Shown here: positions 49,899-61,456 of the stretch, piece by piece
How the letters are laid out: every line of letters begins with the position of its first letter
Position numbering within the stretch: position 1 is the stretch's first letter
DNA from: Rhizodiscina lignyota
Lineage: Eukaryota
Reading direction: 5' to 3'
Assembly (NCBI GenBank): GCA_010015805.1
Contig: ML978137.1
Span: 434,001-498,000 of the forward strand
DNA: 64,000 nt
Program-made: the position numbers and the translations under genes
The notes under the pieces: model-generated
The model's database searches: none
Told to the model about the DNA's origin: nothing
The model's input: only the letters and a program-made list of their open reading frames with translations

Positions 49899-52176
49899 AT
49901 GCTCCTTGCTACCACTCTGCTCGCTCTGCTTCGATTTTGCCTTGGCTCTTCAGAGCAAGGATTGGATCCGATCAACAATATGTGCTCTCGATGGAATCAT
50001 CAATGTGCGTCAATGCGCCCCTAAACTACTGAAACCAGTAGAAAAGCGGCACCGAAGCCCCACTCACTTCTAGACCTCCTAGCTGTAATCAAAGATGGTA
50101 TTCTGTATATCGACGGAGGCATCGAAACATTTGCCAGCAATGGTCAGCCGCCTCGCGTACTGGGGAACAGTAAGACTCATCTCCCATGTTACCACATACA
50201 CAAGTGGAAGCTGGATGGATTCAAAAGAAAGAAAACTTTACAATGACGCTCGTCTCTAGATGAGTACCTAATCGGCGTCGACATGTCTGACTCGTGGGAT
50301 TGGAAAGTCAACGTTACGGAGAAGGCAATCCCAAAGACCACACCGCCCAGCTCGCTCAACTCCGTGCCAAACATGCTCAGAGGGGCAGCATTCTCCGCGC
50401 CTGCCAATGATCCAAAAATTTACATATTTGGCGGCTCTAATTTTACACTCAATTCTTCATTCGAGAACTACACTGGGCCCCTAAGCGACACGAATGCGCT
50501 ATGGTCTTTTGACCCCACAGTGTCCGAATGGCAGCAGCATGAGTTCTCTGGAGCGAGCCCGGCACGACCAAATCGAGGTGCATGGGCAGATGTTTCCGAT
50601 CAAGGATTGGGCTTCTTCTTAAACGGGTATTACGACAGTGGCACATCTACTGGATACGAATATCTACATAACGGAACTATCGGGCAAACTGGCATGGCCA
50701 TGGTCAACACAACTGATCTGAGTTACTCTCGTAATTTCTCTACCTCTCAGATCTATGGCTTGGAGCCAACATATGGGGCAGCCATGGCATATGTCCCAGG
50801 ACTTGGTCGAAAAGGGTCCTTGATCGTTGTGGGAGGAGCAAGCAAATTAATCACGGACTCGTCGGAGGGAGAGATGGTGAGTATAGCCGCTGTTCCCTCA
50901 AAAATTATACAGGGCCTAATTTAGACCTTTCAAGGTGGACATCAGCAAAGTCAATATCTTCGACATCTCAAGTGCTTATGACGATAGCAATGCCACTTAG
51001 TTGAAATGATTACCCAGTGAAGATGAGATGAAACTTCGTTAATTGAGATAAGACTGCTAGCTAGTTCTAATAATATACTCCAGTCTTCTGATTACTATTT
51101 TGCTCTTTTGCAATTGCCACATTACTTTGTTCAATTGCTAAGTTGCTTGATGATTGCTTCACTTGCAGTCCCAAACAACTCACTTGGCACACCCAGAATG
51201 CCACTGGTGACACTCCGAGACCTAGAACAGACTTCTGCCCCGTTTCAGCGCCAGCACCTGATAATTCAAGCTACAACATGTACGTTATCCAGTTGCACGG
51301 TCCCAACCCGTCCTGTGTACCAGGTATAGGAGCTAAGGTGCTGACATCGTAACCTCTACGCAGATATTTGTATGGGGGTCAAAATCCTCTGACGAACGAA
51401 ATTTACGACGAAGCTTTCGTGCTCTCGATTCCATCTTTCATATGGATCAAACTATTTGTCGGCCAGTCCCCAAGATATGCGCATACTTGCCATTTCCTTG
51501 GAAACCGGCAGATGCTTACCGTTGGTGGATCCCTATCAACAAATCTTACCGGTACATGCGACTGGGAATATAGAGGGGTAGCAATTCTCGACATGACGGA
51601 TTTAACATGGGGAAGCGTGTATAACGCCTATGCTGCACCATACGAGCTCCCACAGAATATCTACGAGGTGATTGGTGGGAGGTAAGCTGAGATTTATTGA
51701 GGATTACATTTTAATAATCAGAAGGGGCTGGTCAAATATGAAATAAAGAGCTTTACTGCTAACTTATCTCCTTATATAGTGCTACTGGCGGTGCGAATAT
51801 TATGTCCCCCGCCAAAGGTTTCTCCGACCCTAGCTTAGCCAAGCTCTTCACTCAACCATCGAACACCTCAAGTCCGAGAACCGGAACTGGTGGCATACAA
51901 TCGACTAGCACCCAGCCTGCTTCTACACATACAGGTGCTATCGCGGGAGGCGTCGTTGGTGGGGTCGTTGGCCTCGCACATCTAGCAGCAGCGTGTCTCA
52001 TTCTCATCCGCCGATTCCGAGGGGAACGGTCTCGATCGCCGGAAGCGGGGAAATCGCAGGATCAAACTCCACATGAATTGCCTGCCGATAAGATAAAACA
52101 CACTGAGAATGAGTTGGGTACAGACGGGCCAGTAAACGAACTTGGGGTTGAGGGACAATTGGGCGAGCTGCCCTGA
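49899..52176 (+). CDS. Secreted-domain kelch-repeat single-pass membrane protein (interrupted at 50999-51168; possibly a pseudogene)
   Basis: Signal peptide, LYIDGG, IYIFGG, PRPRTDFC, NIYLYGG, VLSIPSFIWIK, PRYAHTCH, TM GAIAGGVVGG and ELP tail. Five canonical introns plus one atypical interruption. Confidence 0.8.
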
Positions 52177-53019
52177 GTCTCTTCTGCATGCAAAACTAAC
52201 AATGAATTGCAGCAATACTGATAGACTCGAGAACGAAACATTCTCATGAGTCCTTTCTCAGCGTTCCTGCGATAGAAATAGTCAATTGCTCAGAACGAAG
52301 TCCAGATGCACATAACCTCTTTGCCCGAATACCATTCCCCTTCCATCAATTTGCATAGCGCCTTGCCACGCCGGGTGATACCAAGTTGCCTATCGCCGTT
52401 GAACCTCGAGGGTAATGAGGGCTACCTCCCTGCATTCTCTCAGCACTCAGATGTCCTGCCGAAGCGGATCGTAGTCTGCGAAAGATAATTACGAACAAAG
52501 TGCGGAGTAACAACAGGAGGACCATAGGTCGCAGAGGATGCTACACGTCTGCGCTTGAATTTCCGTCATTTTACAAATTGACATCGCCTGATTGGAAGGA
52601 ATGGCCAAATGAATGCCGAAGCTGGGATGAAATAGTAGGGCTGAGCTTGTGGACGACGCGTTCAGCGTTTTCATTTTCAATTCAGCTTCAATTTGGTTCG
52701 AGAGGATTTGAAACTAGTCTAGGTCTCCAAGTGGCTTCAGAGTCATCCTTGCTATTTTCACAGGGAACGGAGGTTAAGATGTCACATACGACGAAGAGAG
52801 GGATTCGAAATGTAAGACATAGATTATGTCAAAAGTGCAGTGAATTGAGTGGTGGTGGCGCCGACCCTGGCCTGGCCGCCGCGGTTCTGAGCGCAACGGA
52901 GTTTTGTAGTTCCGGCCCGAAAGTTGCCAAGACGTCGCACGCGAGCCATTTTGCGCAAGTGAAATTTACATCGCAAGCTTCCAAGTTGCAGCACCAACAA
53001 CAACCTCCAATTCGCAATC

Positions 53020-53752
53020 ATGGGTGGCGTCAGTGTTCGTGATGTCCCAGTAAGTTGTCTCTTCTCTGTTCACTGCAGTGACTGCCTCTCAATGCGGGTG
53101 CTTTCTGTTTTTGGCGGATCCTTGCTAACGTTTTGCTTCTAGGCGGACAAATTTATTGAGGCCTATGCTGCTTTCTTGAAGCGACAGGGCAAACTGCCCA
53201 TTCCAGGTTCGTTCGAAGTCTAAAACCGCCGCCACGTCGACAGCCCGCGTCATACAAATGGCATAATGGAATACCTGAATCCCGTGGCGGGGGGATAACT
53301 GAAATCGTCGTTTGCTAACGGCTTTTTCTGCTATCTACAGGTTGGGTGGACACAGTCAAAACGAGTAACTCGAATGAACTGCCCCCACAAAGCATTGACT
53401 GGTAAGTCCCTAAGCGTTGATGCTGGCTGAGGCTGTTTCATGACTGATCCCGTGCAGGTTCTACATCCGCGCAGCGTCAGTCGCCCGTCACGTCTACCTC
53501 CGCAAGACCGTCGGTGTAGGTCGGTTACGTAAGGTACACGGCAGCACCAAGAATCGCGGCGCGGCCCCTTCCCATCACGTTGATGCCTCTGGTGCGGTCG
53601 ACCGGAAGGTCATGCAGGCTCTCGAACAGATCGGTGTTCTGGAGAAGGATGAGGATAAGGGCGGAAGAAGGATTACTCAGAGCGGCCAGCGAGACTTGGA
53701 TCGTATCGCGATGACTACGATCGAGGCGGAGGAGGAAGAGGATGACGAGTAG
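53020..53752 (+). CDS. RPS19: 40S ribosomal protein S19 (eS19), 4 exons
   Basis: Spliced product [39 protein letters not shown]...ELPPQSIDWFYIRAASVARHVYLRK...GGRRITQSGQRDLDRIA. Confidence 0.97.
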
Positions 53753-56035
53753 ATCATCATCGTCGAAGCTCGGCTCAAGACAAGCTGAATCTTCTGCGCA
53801 GGCTGTCTTCAGGCTATTTGCGCCAACATGCATCAAATGGCGTTGATCAAAATTCATTACAAAGAATGAAATTCTTGAATTCTTTTCACTTTGCTCAAGA
53901 CTACTCACATCTGCCGCGAGGTTATGCACGCTAATGACAGAGCCAACACCACATGGGGGCGATTCCCGCAGCAGCCACAGAGGACCAACAGAACTCACGA
54001 TTGTTTGCACGCTAGCTTTTAAGCTTAATATAACATTGCAGCTGCATACGAATAGATCAAACGCTAGCTGTTCGGCAACAACGCTTTGGGCACCTATCCT
54101 GAGGCTAGCGTTGAACGGAGAAAAGGCTAGCTATCGCGATTGCGGATGACGGAAGAAGACGCTTCCACCACTGCCACAATTGCCCCCAACTCTAATTCAA
54201 CCTCTAGAGTTATGGCCTCTTTCTGTTCGTGATGTAAACCTATGTGGCGTAGAATTCATCTCTTCATCACGTGCGCTTCTCAATTGTCGGGTCTGTCCCC
54301 TCTCCATTCCTTAAGCCAGACTTTAGCGAAACCAGAAACAAACTTCCAACATCTTGGAATCGCATTGAAACTCAGCCTAATGTTTCGCTCTGCAGTCAAG
54401 TTGCGAATGTTCGTACCAACGTTGAATACTTTAGCGCCGAAGGAAGGTTCATAGCATGCAGCCTCCCGCACTACTGCATACCCTTCGGAGGGTTTCCACA
54501 ATTACTGCGCCTGCAAGTCATTCATTGGGATGGCAGAGCTGAAGATTCCTTTTACCGTTCAACTCGCGTTATCTATCCGCGTCTCGGCGATCTTTCGATC
54601 CAGAGCTTAACATGGAAATTCCTTGGCGTTGTACTCGCGCTAATGGGGGCCGAGTTTGACGTTGATGGGGGTGGCTTCTCTGCGTGGGCGTGACCTGGAG
54701 CAAGTCTATGCTTCAACTCTTCAAAGTTTGCGGAAGTTTTCACCAATCGAGTTGGACGTAGCCAAGGATTTCTGCTGAATAACACCCACGCCTGACCATT
54801 TCGACTTACTCGAACAACGTTGGTGAGACGTCAAACTTCCTTACAGGACGTGATTAATCAATTCACCTCTTGAATAGGTTATGGATCGGCCCCATGGTAC
54901 AAAAGCAGATGCATCGAAGCTCTCGAAGGATCAGGCACCATCCGGATGGACCCCCTTGTACCCTCGAGGGCGTTTCCATGAAACCAGAGGTAGAGGTGGT
55001 GTCGCGGGCGCTACCAGAAACGGTGCTATTATGGGAGATTTGACCCAAAGTGGAGTATTAACTTTTATTTTTGGGCCCCTTTCCCCACTCATCCCTGGCT
55101 CAGCTCTGTCGATGTCGCCGGAGGAGCGCGGCTGCGTGATTGGTTGCACCCAAGGAATCTGAGCATAACCAGCTAGGATTGCTTGGGAAGCTCCCTCTGA
55201 GGCCATCAGGGCCTTGGGAGCTTCACCCGCACTGTAGCTGATTTTTCCCGGGGGGTGGGCTGCATCTGGGCTCCTATCAGTGTCACACAGGCAGAGATGG
55301 AAGATGGCCTTTGGGGTCCACTCTTCATTCCCGGCTGACCTTTCCGTGGAATGAGGATGAAGACTGAACTGCATCTGGTCAGAGCGAGCGTGGCTTCGGT
55401 CTCCGGCATTCTGCCTTGCCCTCCCTTGAACGGAGATTTACGCCCAAGTTCAAACACGTATAGAGTTTCAGCCATCATCACCGCCGCGCCTGTCCAAAGT
55501 TTCGTGAATCGAGCGGGTCCTGAAGGCTTCGAGGCTTTTGAGCGGCTCAACAGCAAATTCTCCCTCATTGGATCGCTTGCTCCCGGTTCAAGATGTAAGC
55601 GCCGTCGCAGGGATGGAGCTGCATCTGTGCATCAGATATTGCAGGCTAATTGCCCTTCTTTCGGCGGAAAGGCCACTAATTAGTCTGTGTGATCACGCGC
55701 TAGCCCAATGAGGGTGGATTATCTTTATTTAGAACCTCCACGAACTCTCGAACCTCCGTCCACCAAAATAATCTCGCAGGCCACACGGCTCGGGAGGCCC
55801 GCGTGCTGATGCATCGCAGGTAGGAGTATCAAAGGATTTAATGAGACCTTCGCCCCCAGTTGTTTCGTTTCTGTAGGCCCATTGGATTCTGGAAATCCAT
55901 ATTTTGTTCGTTTGTCGCTGTTGGTGCTTTGCCTCTGTGTTTATGTGTGAGGACCTTTCAAGTTTCATTTATCTTCCACAGCGCCTCCACTCGTCGTCGT
56001 CGCCTCGCATCATTTAATTTCAAACTCGCTTCAAC

Positions 56036-57274
56036 ATGTCGACGCAAGAATCCTTCATGTCCGTCAGCGGCGTCCATGACCCGCAGATGACTGTCTCAGA
56101 TTACCATTATGGTGTCTTAGCTTCTCATCAGATCTATACGCCTGGCTTGCCTACACCTGCATCTGCCTCTGTATGTCAATGTTCCATTTCAATATCAATT
56201 TGTCATTTACCGTGCAGGATGGAGGACTAATGCATCATGCTCAACAGGCGCCATACTGTCAAGTTGAATTCACTCCGGGTAGCTACATGACGCCAGAGAC
56301 AACACTTGCAGAGTTCGGCCCTCCTCTCACGTCAAACGAGCCTCACCTTGGTCTCAACATCTCCGCTGTTCAACCCTTCGAGTCAATTCTCCCCACTAGG
56401 CCCCACAGCAGCCCCAGTACCTTTGGCCCGAACGAACAGGAACTGGTATGGACTGGTACGCCACATCGACCTCAAGAACCCTTTCCGCCCATGTCGGATC
56501 ACCCATTCCCACAACACGCTCAGTTTTTCCATGCATCGACGTATCCACCCATCCACGCTCCAACTCCCAGGCACAGGTACTCCACATCATCAGCATCCGT
56601 TTCAGATATCAAGACTCCTCAGCCAAGGCGCCCTGTACCAATAGCGCCAAACCCGGCCGGACTGTTGAAGATTCAACCACATAAGCGCTCTCAATCAGAT
56701 ATAATGGACGATGACACATCCTCGGATGGTCCAACTAAGCGCCGGCGGCGATCTCCTCCACCAATCAATACTTCATCACCTGAGCTTAGCGACGAGGATC
56801 GCTTACTGCTCCGGCTGAAGGACGAAGAGCATGTCTCATGGAAGGACATTGCCGCGCGCTTTCAAACCGATCTTGGTAAGGTATATCAAGTACCTGCCTT
56901 GCAAATGCGTCTGAAGAGACTACGAGAGAGATTGCGCGTCTGGACGGAAGCCGATATCTCGGCGCTTAGAATGGCGCACGAGTACTGGGAGAGGAATAAA
57001 TTTGAGATTATTGCTGCTAAGGTATGACCCTGATGGCACCTTCAGTCTTTGGATTCTGAATTAACGGACACTTCAGATGATCGAATTCGGAGCCACAGAA
57101 AAGTGGTCACCTCGACAATGCTCGCGCAAATGGCAAGAGATGAATGTTGGAGTCGATCTCTACGCCATGCAATCTGTACCAACACCCGCGTTTTCCTACA
57201 CTTCGAGCCCGATAGAAGCTCCGACACCTACGTTCGCACCGCCACCATTCATGACCATGCCGCAGCAGCAATAG
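56036..57274 (+). CDS. Putative Myb/SANT-like DNA-binding protein
   Basis: NLS TKRRRR; EDRLLLRLKDEEHVSWKDIAARF...ALQMRLKRL; WTEAD...WERNKFEIIAAK|MIEFG..KWSPRQCSRKW. Two introns. Confidence 0.78.
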
Positions 57275-58311
57275 TGCCGCATACGATTTTCAGCAATTTT
57301 GCTTCTACGAATTCTTTGTATTGTTTTATCAAACCCTGCTTTTCTTCACGACGTCATGTTTTATACCCTGCCTTTTGTTCAAACCTTCAGTTTTGTCGTT
57401 TTCGGGGATGCCTTTGCTTCCTCTCCTGCCGCTTCTACTACCGACGTTCTCGTTACGTCTGTCGGCTTGCCGGCCATTCATCCTACTTTCCGGCTAAAAT
57501 CATTGGGAGGATTCGTCAATTTTAGCAACTGCATCCGCATCTGCATCAAGGCGGCGCTAAATCTTGGTGTACGCTTTAGAGCTCTCTGTACTTCTAGTCA
57601 AATCTCTTAAGAGCGAACATTTCTTCCACAATTGGGCAGCCCAATTTCATTATGCCTGCCGTATAAAGTATCATCAAAGGCGCATCTCTAAAGCCATTCG
57701 TAAAGTGCTGCACGTGACTTCACGCCAAATCTCTTATTGCGCGCATCCCCGAAAAATTCTGTTGCAAGCCTCTCGTATCTCGTACGTTTCGGAATTCGCA
57801 AGCCCTAGAAATCCTGCGCGATCTAGTCTCAGTTTGTTGCATAATCATTTCACTCTCAGACCAGCAGCTAACAAGACTGGCAGAATGGGCTGCAGCGGCG
57901 CTAATCCGTTTAGGGACACAAAGGATTTAAGAATAGCCTCATGCGACTGTTAGCCGCCCGCACGCGCAGGTCAGCATGGACCACACCACTTCGGCGAAGA
58001 TCACCAAGGCGGACATGCATACAGCTGTACCATCACGGCGACAACGACTCAACCTCTTGTATGACTATATATAAACTTTTGCGCAGAGTTTGCTGCAAGT
58101 ATTCCGACGGCATCTTATTCGACGACAACCGACAATCTATGCTACGTACAGCATATACCGGAATCCAGGCCGTCTGCTCGGCTGAAATATGCCTCATCTC
58201 TCTTCCGCGCCATCTGCCGCCCACGTGGATGGGAACGCCCACGTCCTTGGCACCGTTGACAAACTTCCGGAGGCCCGACTTCATCCCTCTCTTGTCTATC
58301 TTCAAACATCT

Positions 58312-60316
58312 TTACCAAGTAAACTCATCTGTCACGGCCCCGGTACTCGCATCACTCACAAGCCGTGCGTACTTGGCAAGAACTCCTCTTGTAACCACCG
58401 GTTTCGGCGCAACCCACGCTGCCCGCCTCCTCTGAAGCTCCTCGTCGCTAACATCCATGCTCAGCGCGTTCGTCTCCGCAGAAATGGTAATGACATCGCC
58501 ATCCTGTACCAACGCAATCGGCCCCCCAACCGCAGCCTCAGGACAGATGTGTCCCACGATGAAACCGTGGCTTGCACCAGAGTACCGTCCGTCTGTGATG
58601 AGTGCAATATTCGTAAGCTTCGCGCCCATGAGCGCGGCGGAGGCCTTGAGCTGCTCTGGCATGCCCGGACCACCTTTGGGGCCTTCGTAACGCACGACCA
58701 AGACGAGGTTCTCTCCACGTGGGATTTGGCCCTGGATGAGGGCATCGTCAAGCTCGTGCTCCTTATTGAAGACGCGTGCCTTGCCGGTGAAACTCATGCC
58801 TTCTTTTCCCGTGATTTTGGCGACGGCACCATCGGGTGCGAGGTTGCCCCTCAAGATCTCGAGGTGGCCGGTCTTCTTGATGGGATTGTCGAGGCTACGG
58901 ATGATCGCTTGTCCTTGGGTCAGAGAGGGCCACGACTCGATGTTCTCAGCTAATGTCTTCCCAGTGACTGTAGGAACGGAACCGTCAAGCAAACCTGCAG
59001 CGCACAATAGCTTGCAAACCGACGGGATGCCTCCGACATCGTACAGGTCCGCCATGTAGTACTTGCCACTTGGCGCAAGATCCGCAATGAACGGGATCTT
59101 GTTACTCACGCGCTGGAAATCGTCGAGATTGAGCTCCACACCCGCTGACCTAGCCATGGCGAGCATGTGTAGCACGCCGTTTGTCGACCCACCGAGTGCC
59201 ATCGTGATGACGAGAGCATTCTCAAATGACTTCTTGGTCATGAGGTCTCGTGGGCGGATGTTCTTCTCCATACAGACTTTGATGGCTTCGGCAGCCTTTA
59301 CACATTCACGTCCCTTAGCAGGCGAGGTCGCTGGGGTGGACGAAGAGCCTGGCAAACTAAGACCCATGACTTCAATGGCTGTAGACATGGTATTCGCCGT
59401 AAACATTCCTCCGCAAGCGCCAGCGCCTGGACATGCATTCTTCTCCAAGTCGTCCATTATATCGTCTTGCGTCTGAGAAGGGTCATCAGGGTTAGAGAGG
59501 GTGTTGTAGGCGTAGGCTCCAAACGCCTCGTAACATGTCGAGATATTGATGGGCTTCCGCAGAAGCTTGGAGTAGCCGACCTTAATAGTACCGCCGTAGA
59601 TCATCAGACCTGGTCGATTTGTTCGTGCAAGTGCCATGATACATCCAGGCATATTCTTGTCACAGCCTGGGATCGTAATTGTAGCGTCGTGGTGTTGTGC
59701 GCACGTTACAGTTTCAATAGAGTCGGCGATCAGCTCGCGAGTTTGGAGAGAAAAGCGCATGCCTTCACCACCCATGGTAATAGCATCAGAGACGCCGACA
59801 GTGTTGAATTGCCAGGCCAGCATTCCTTGCTTCTGCACGGCATCCTTGACCAACTTGCCCAAGTCAAGCACTGCATTCTCTATTATTCAGCCCGGTTCTC
59901 TACAGTGTTGTGGTAGATTCGTGACGGAGAGATTGGCAATCGACTTACAGTGCATGCTGCTCGCTGTGTCAGTGATCGACCTTTGAAAAGTATGTGCCCG
60001 AAGCTTACTTGCATGGATTTCCTTCCCACCAGACCGATGCTACTCCAACCTGTGGCGCATGCTCCATCGTCTTCTTGTCCGGCACACCGGCCGCATACAA
60101 CATCGCCTGTTGGCACTTTGTGAGCAGCGTTCATTGCGTCGGTACTTGTGTCCTAACCTGAGCTCCTGGGAAGTCATGGTGATTTGTGATAGTGTGAGAG
60201 TACTTGTTTAATCGCGGCTGGCCATCTTTTGTAGCATCGTCGGGCAGATGAGGGAAATTGAGGAAGCGAGGCTCTTCCACCTCTTTCGATTGCTTCTCGA
60301 GATTTTTGGGATCCAT
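58312..60316 (-). CDS. ILV3: Dihydroxy-acid dehydratase (Ilv3/IlvD), paralog without mitochondrial presequence
   Basis: GAQAMLY, WEGNPCNMHL, VSDAITMG, GCDKNMPG, GACGGMFTANTM, GGSTN, RYEGPKGGPGMPE, TDGRYSG and GHICPEA. Three introns, including an 8-nt microexon. Confidence 0.95.
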
Positions 60317-60744
60317 GACGGCGGTACGGGACGAAAGCCGCCAATCGACTGTGAGGGATTTCAAAGGTTTATAGAGGCTAAATAGATGCAATATGCTTGA
60401 ACTGTACGTTCAACGAGACTGTCAAGGCACAGCAGGGCTGAAAGGATGTACAAGAAGTTCAATTGAGAAGATTGAGAGTGACAAGCTGCCTTCCCGCACA
60501 AACAGTGGTCAGGAAGAGTAATTGAGGTATGATCGGAGAAGATGAAAGCTACCAGGAAGCTGGAACCGCGCGCCATTTCCCCGAAGTCGCTTGCAGTCTG
60601 CAAAGTTGCGGGCAGCAATGGCTAGCCTCGGACCATTGATGCTCCACACTCTCACTTGACGACACTAACGGCCACTTACATTTGTGACATGCTCCAATGC
60701 CTCTGATTTGGGTGGACCACGGCTCAAGCCGTTGTTTATTACAG

Positions 60745-60756
60745 GCCGCAAACGGC
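60745..60756. promoter_or_regulatory. Candidate Leu3/LeuB site (CCG-N4-CGG)
   Basis: GCCGCAAACGGC lies about 430 nt upstream of the dehydratase ATG. Confidence 0.45.
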
Positions 60757-61456
60757 AGTATCGGCATGTTGATGTATGGATGCAGCGGGGGAGGGGTGAG
60801 GCACAGCTACGGAGTAGGCAAGGAGCGATCAGCTTTGCGGAAGATCCGGACTGCAGGTGTGGCTGGTGCCTGTGGCTGAAAGGCCCAGATCGTGCCGCGG
60901 ACCTGCGTCATCGCGCTGGAAATATATTCAACCTCATCGAGATCTCCCCAAGGATGCATTTCAGGTATACACAAGACTTTGTCCCCTTCAATTGCTCTAT
61001 CCAGCTTCTCCTGCTTACACTTCCCTCCATCTTCGACGCCTTCGGAGTGCTGATTGGCGGGCAAGATAGGCATCCTTGACCTTGACCAACCTCGCTCCAC
61101 AAAGACTCACGGACGTCTTCAAGCACCTCACCAAGCGGAAACTCCCTTGTGTGTCGTCGACAGCTTCTCCCTGCCTTCGAGCCTCCAATTATCCCAGCGA
61201 CTGAGTTGTCACTCTTCGAAGCAATTGCGCCTTCCAGATCGACTGCGTGTACGCCCGCCCGCCACGATCACGTTTCGCGCCGTCTAACACCCATTGGTCG
61301 TTCCCATTCCATCACCTCCGGAAACCTGCAACGGACCTCTGCTTTTCGTAGCAGCGAAATAAGCACGTCTTTGCTGCCCGTCACACCGCACTCGAGCCTC
61401 TGCGCAACGGAGGCGCGCGCAACAGCGCACATGGGTGTTGCGACAGCCGTATAGCG

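Noticed and set aside
53760..56035. Telomerase RNA in the long intergenic region
   Set aside because: No CCCTAA-type template repeat on either strand.
58189..59916. Long antisense ORFs here and over other genes (e.g. 17779..18441, 41382..42137, 43069..43821)
   Set aside because: These are shadows of codon-biased sense genes with no independent motifs.
58312..60316. DHAD as a self-resistance gene (AstD-like) marking a natural-product cluster
   Set aside because: No terpene cyclase, P450, PKS or NRPS is present in the window; the neighbours are housekeeping genes.
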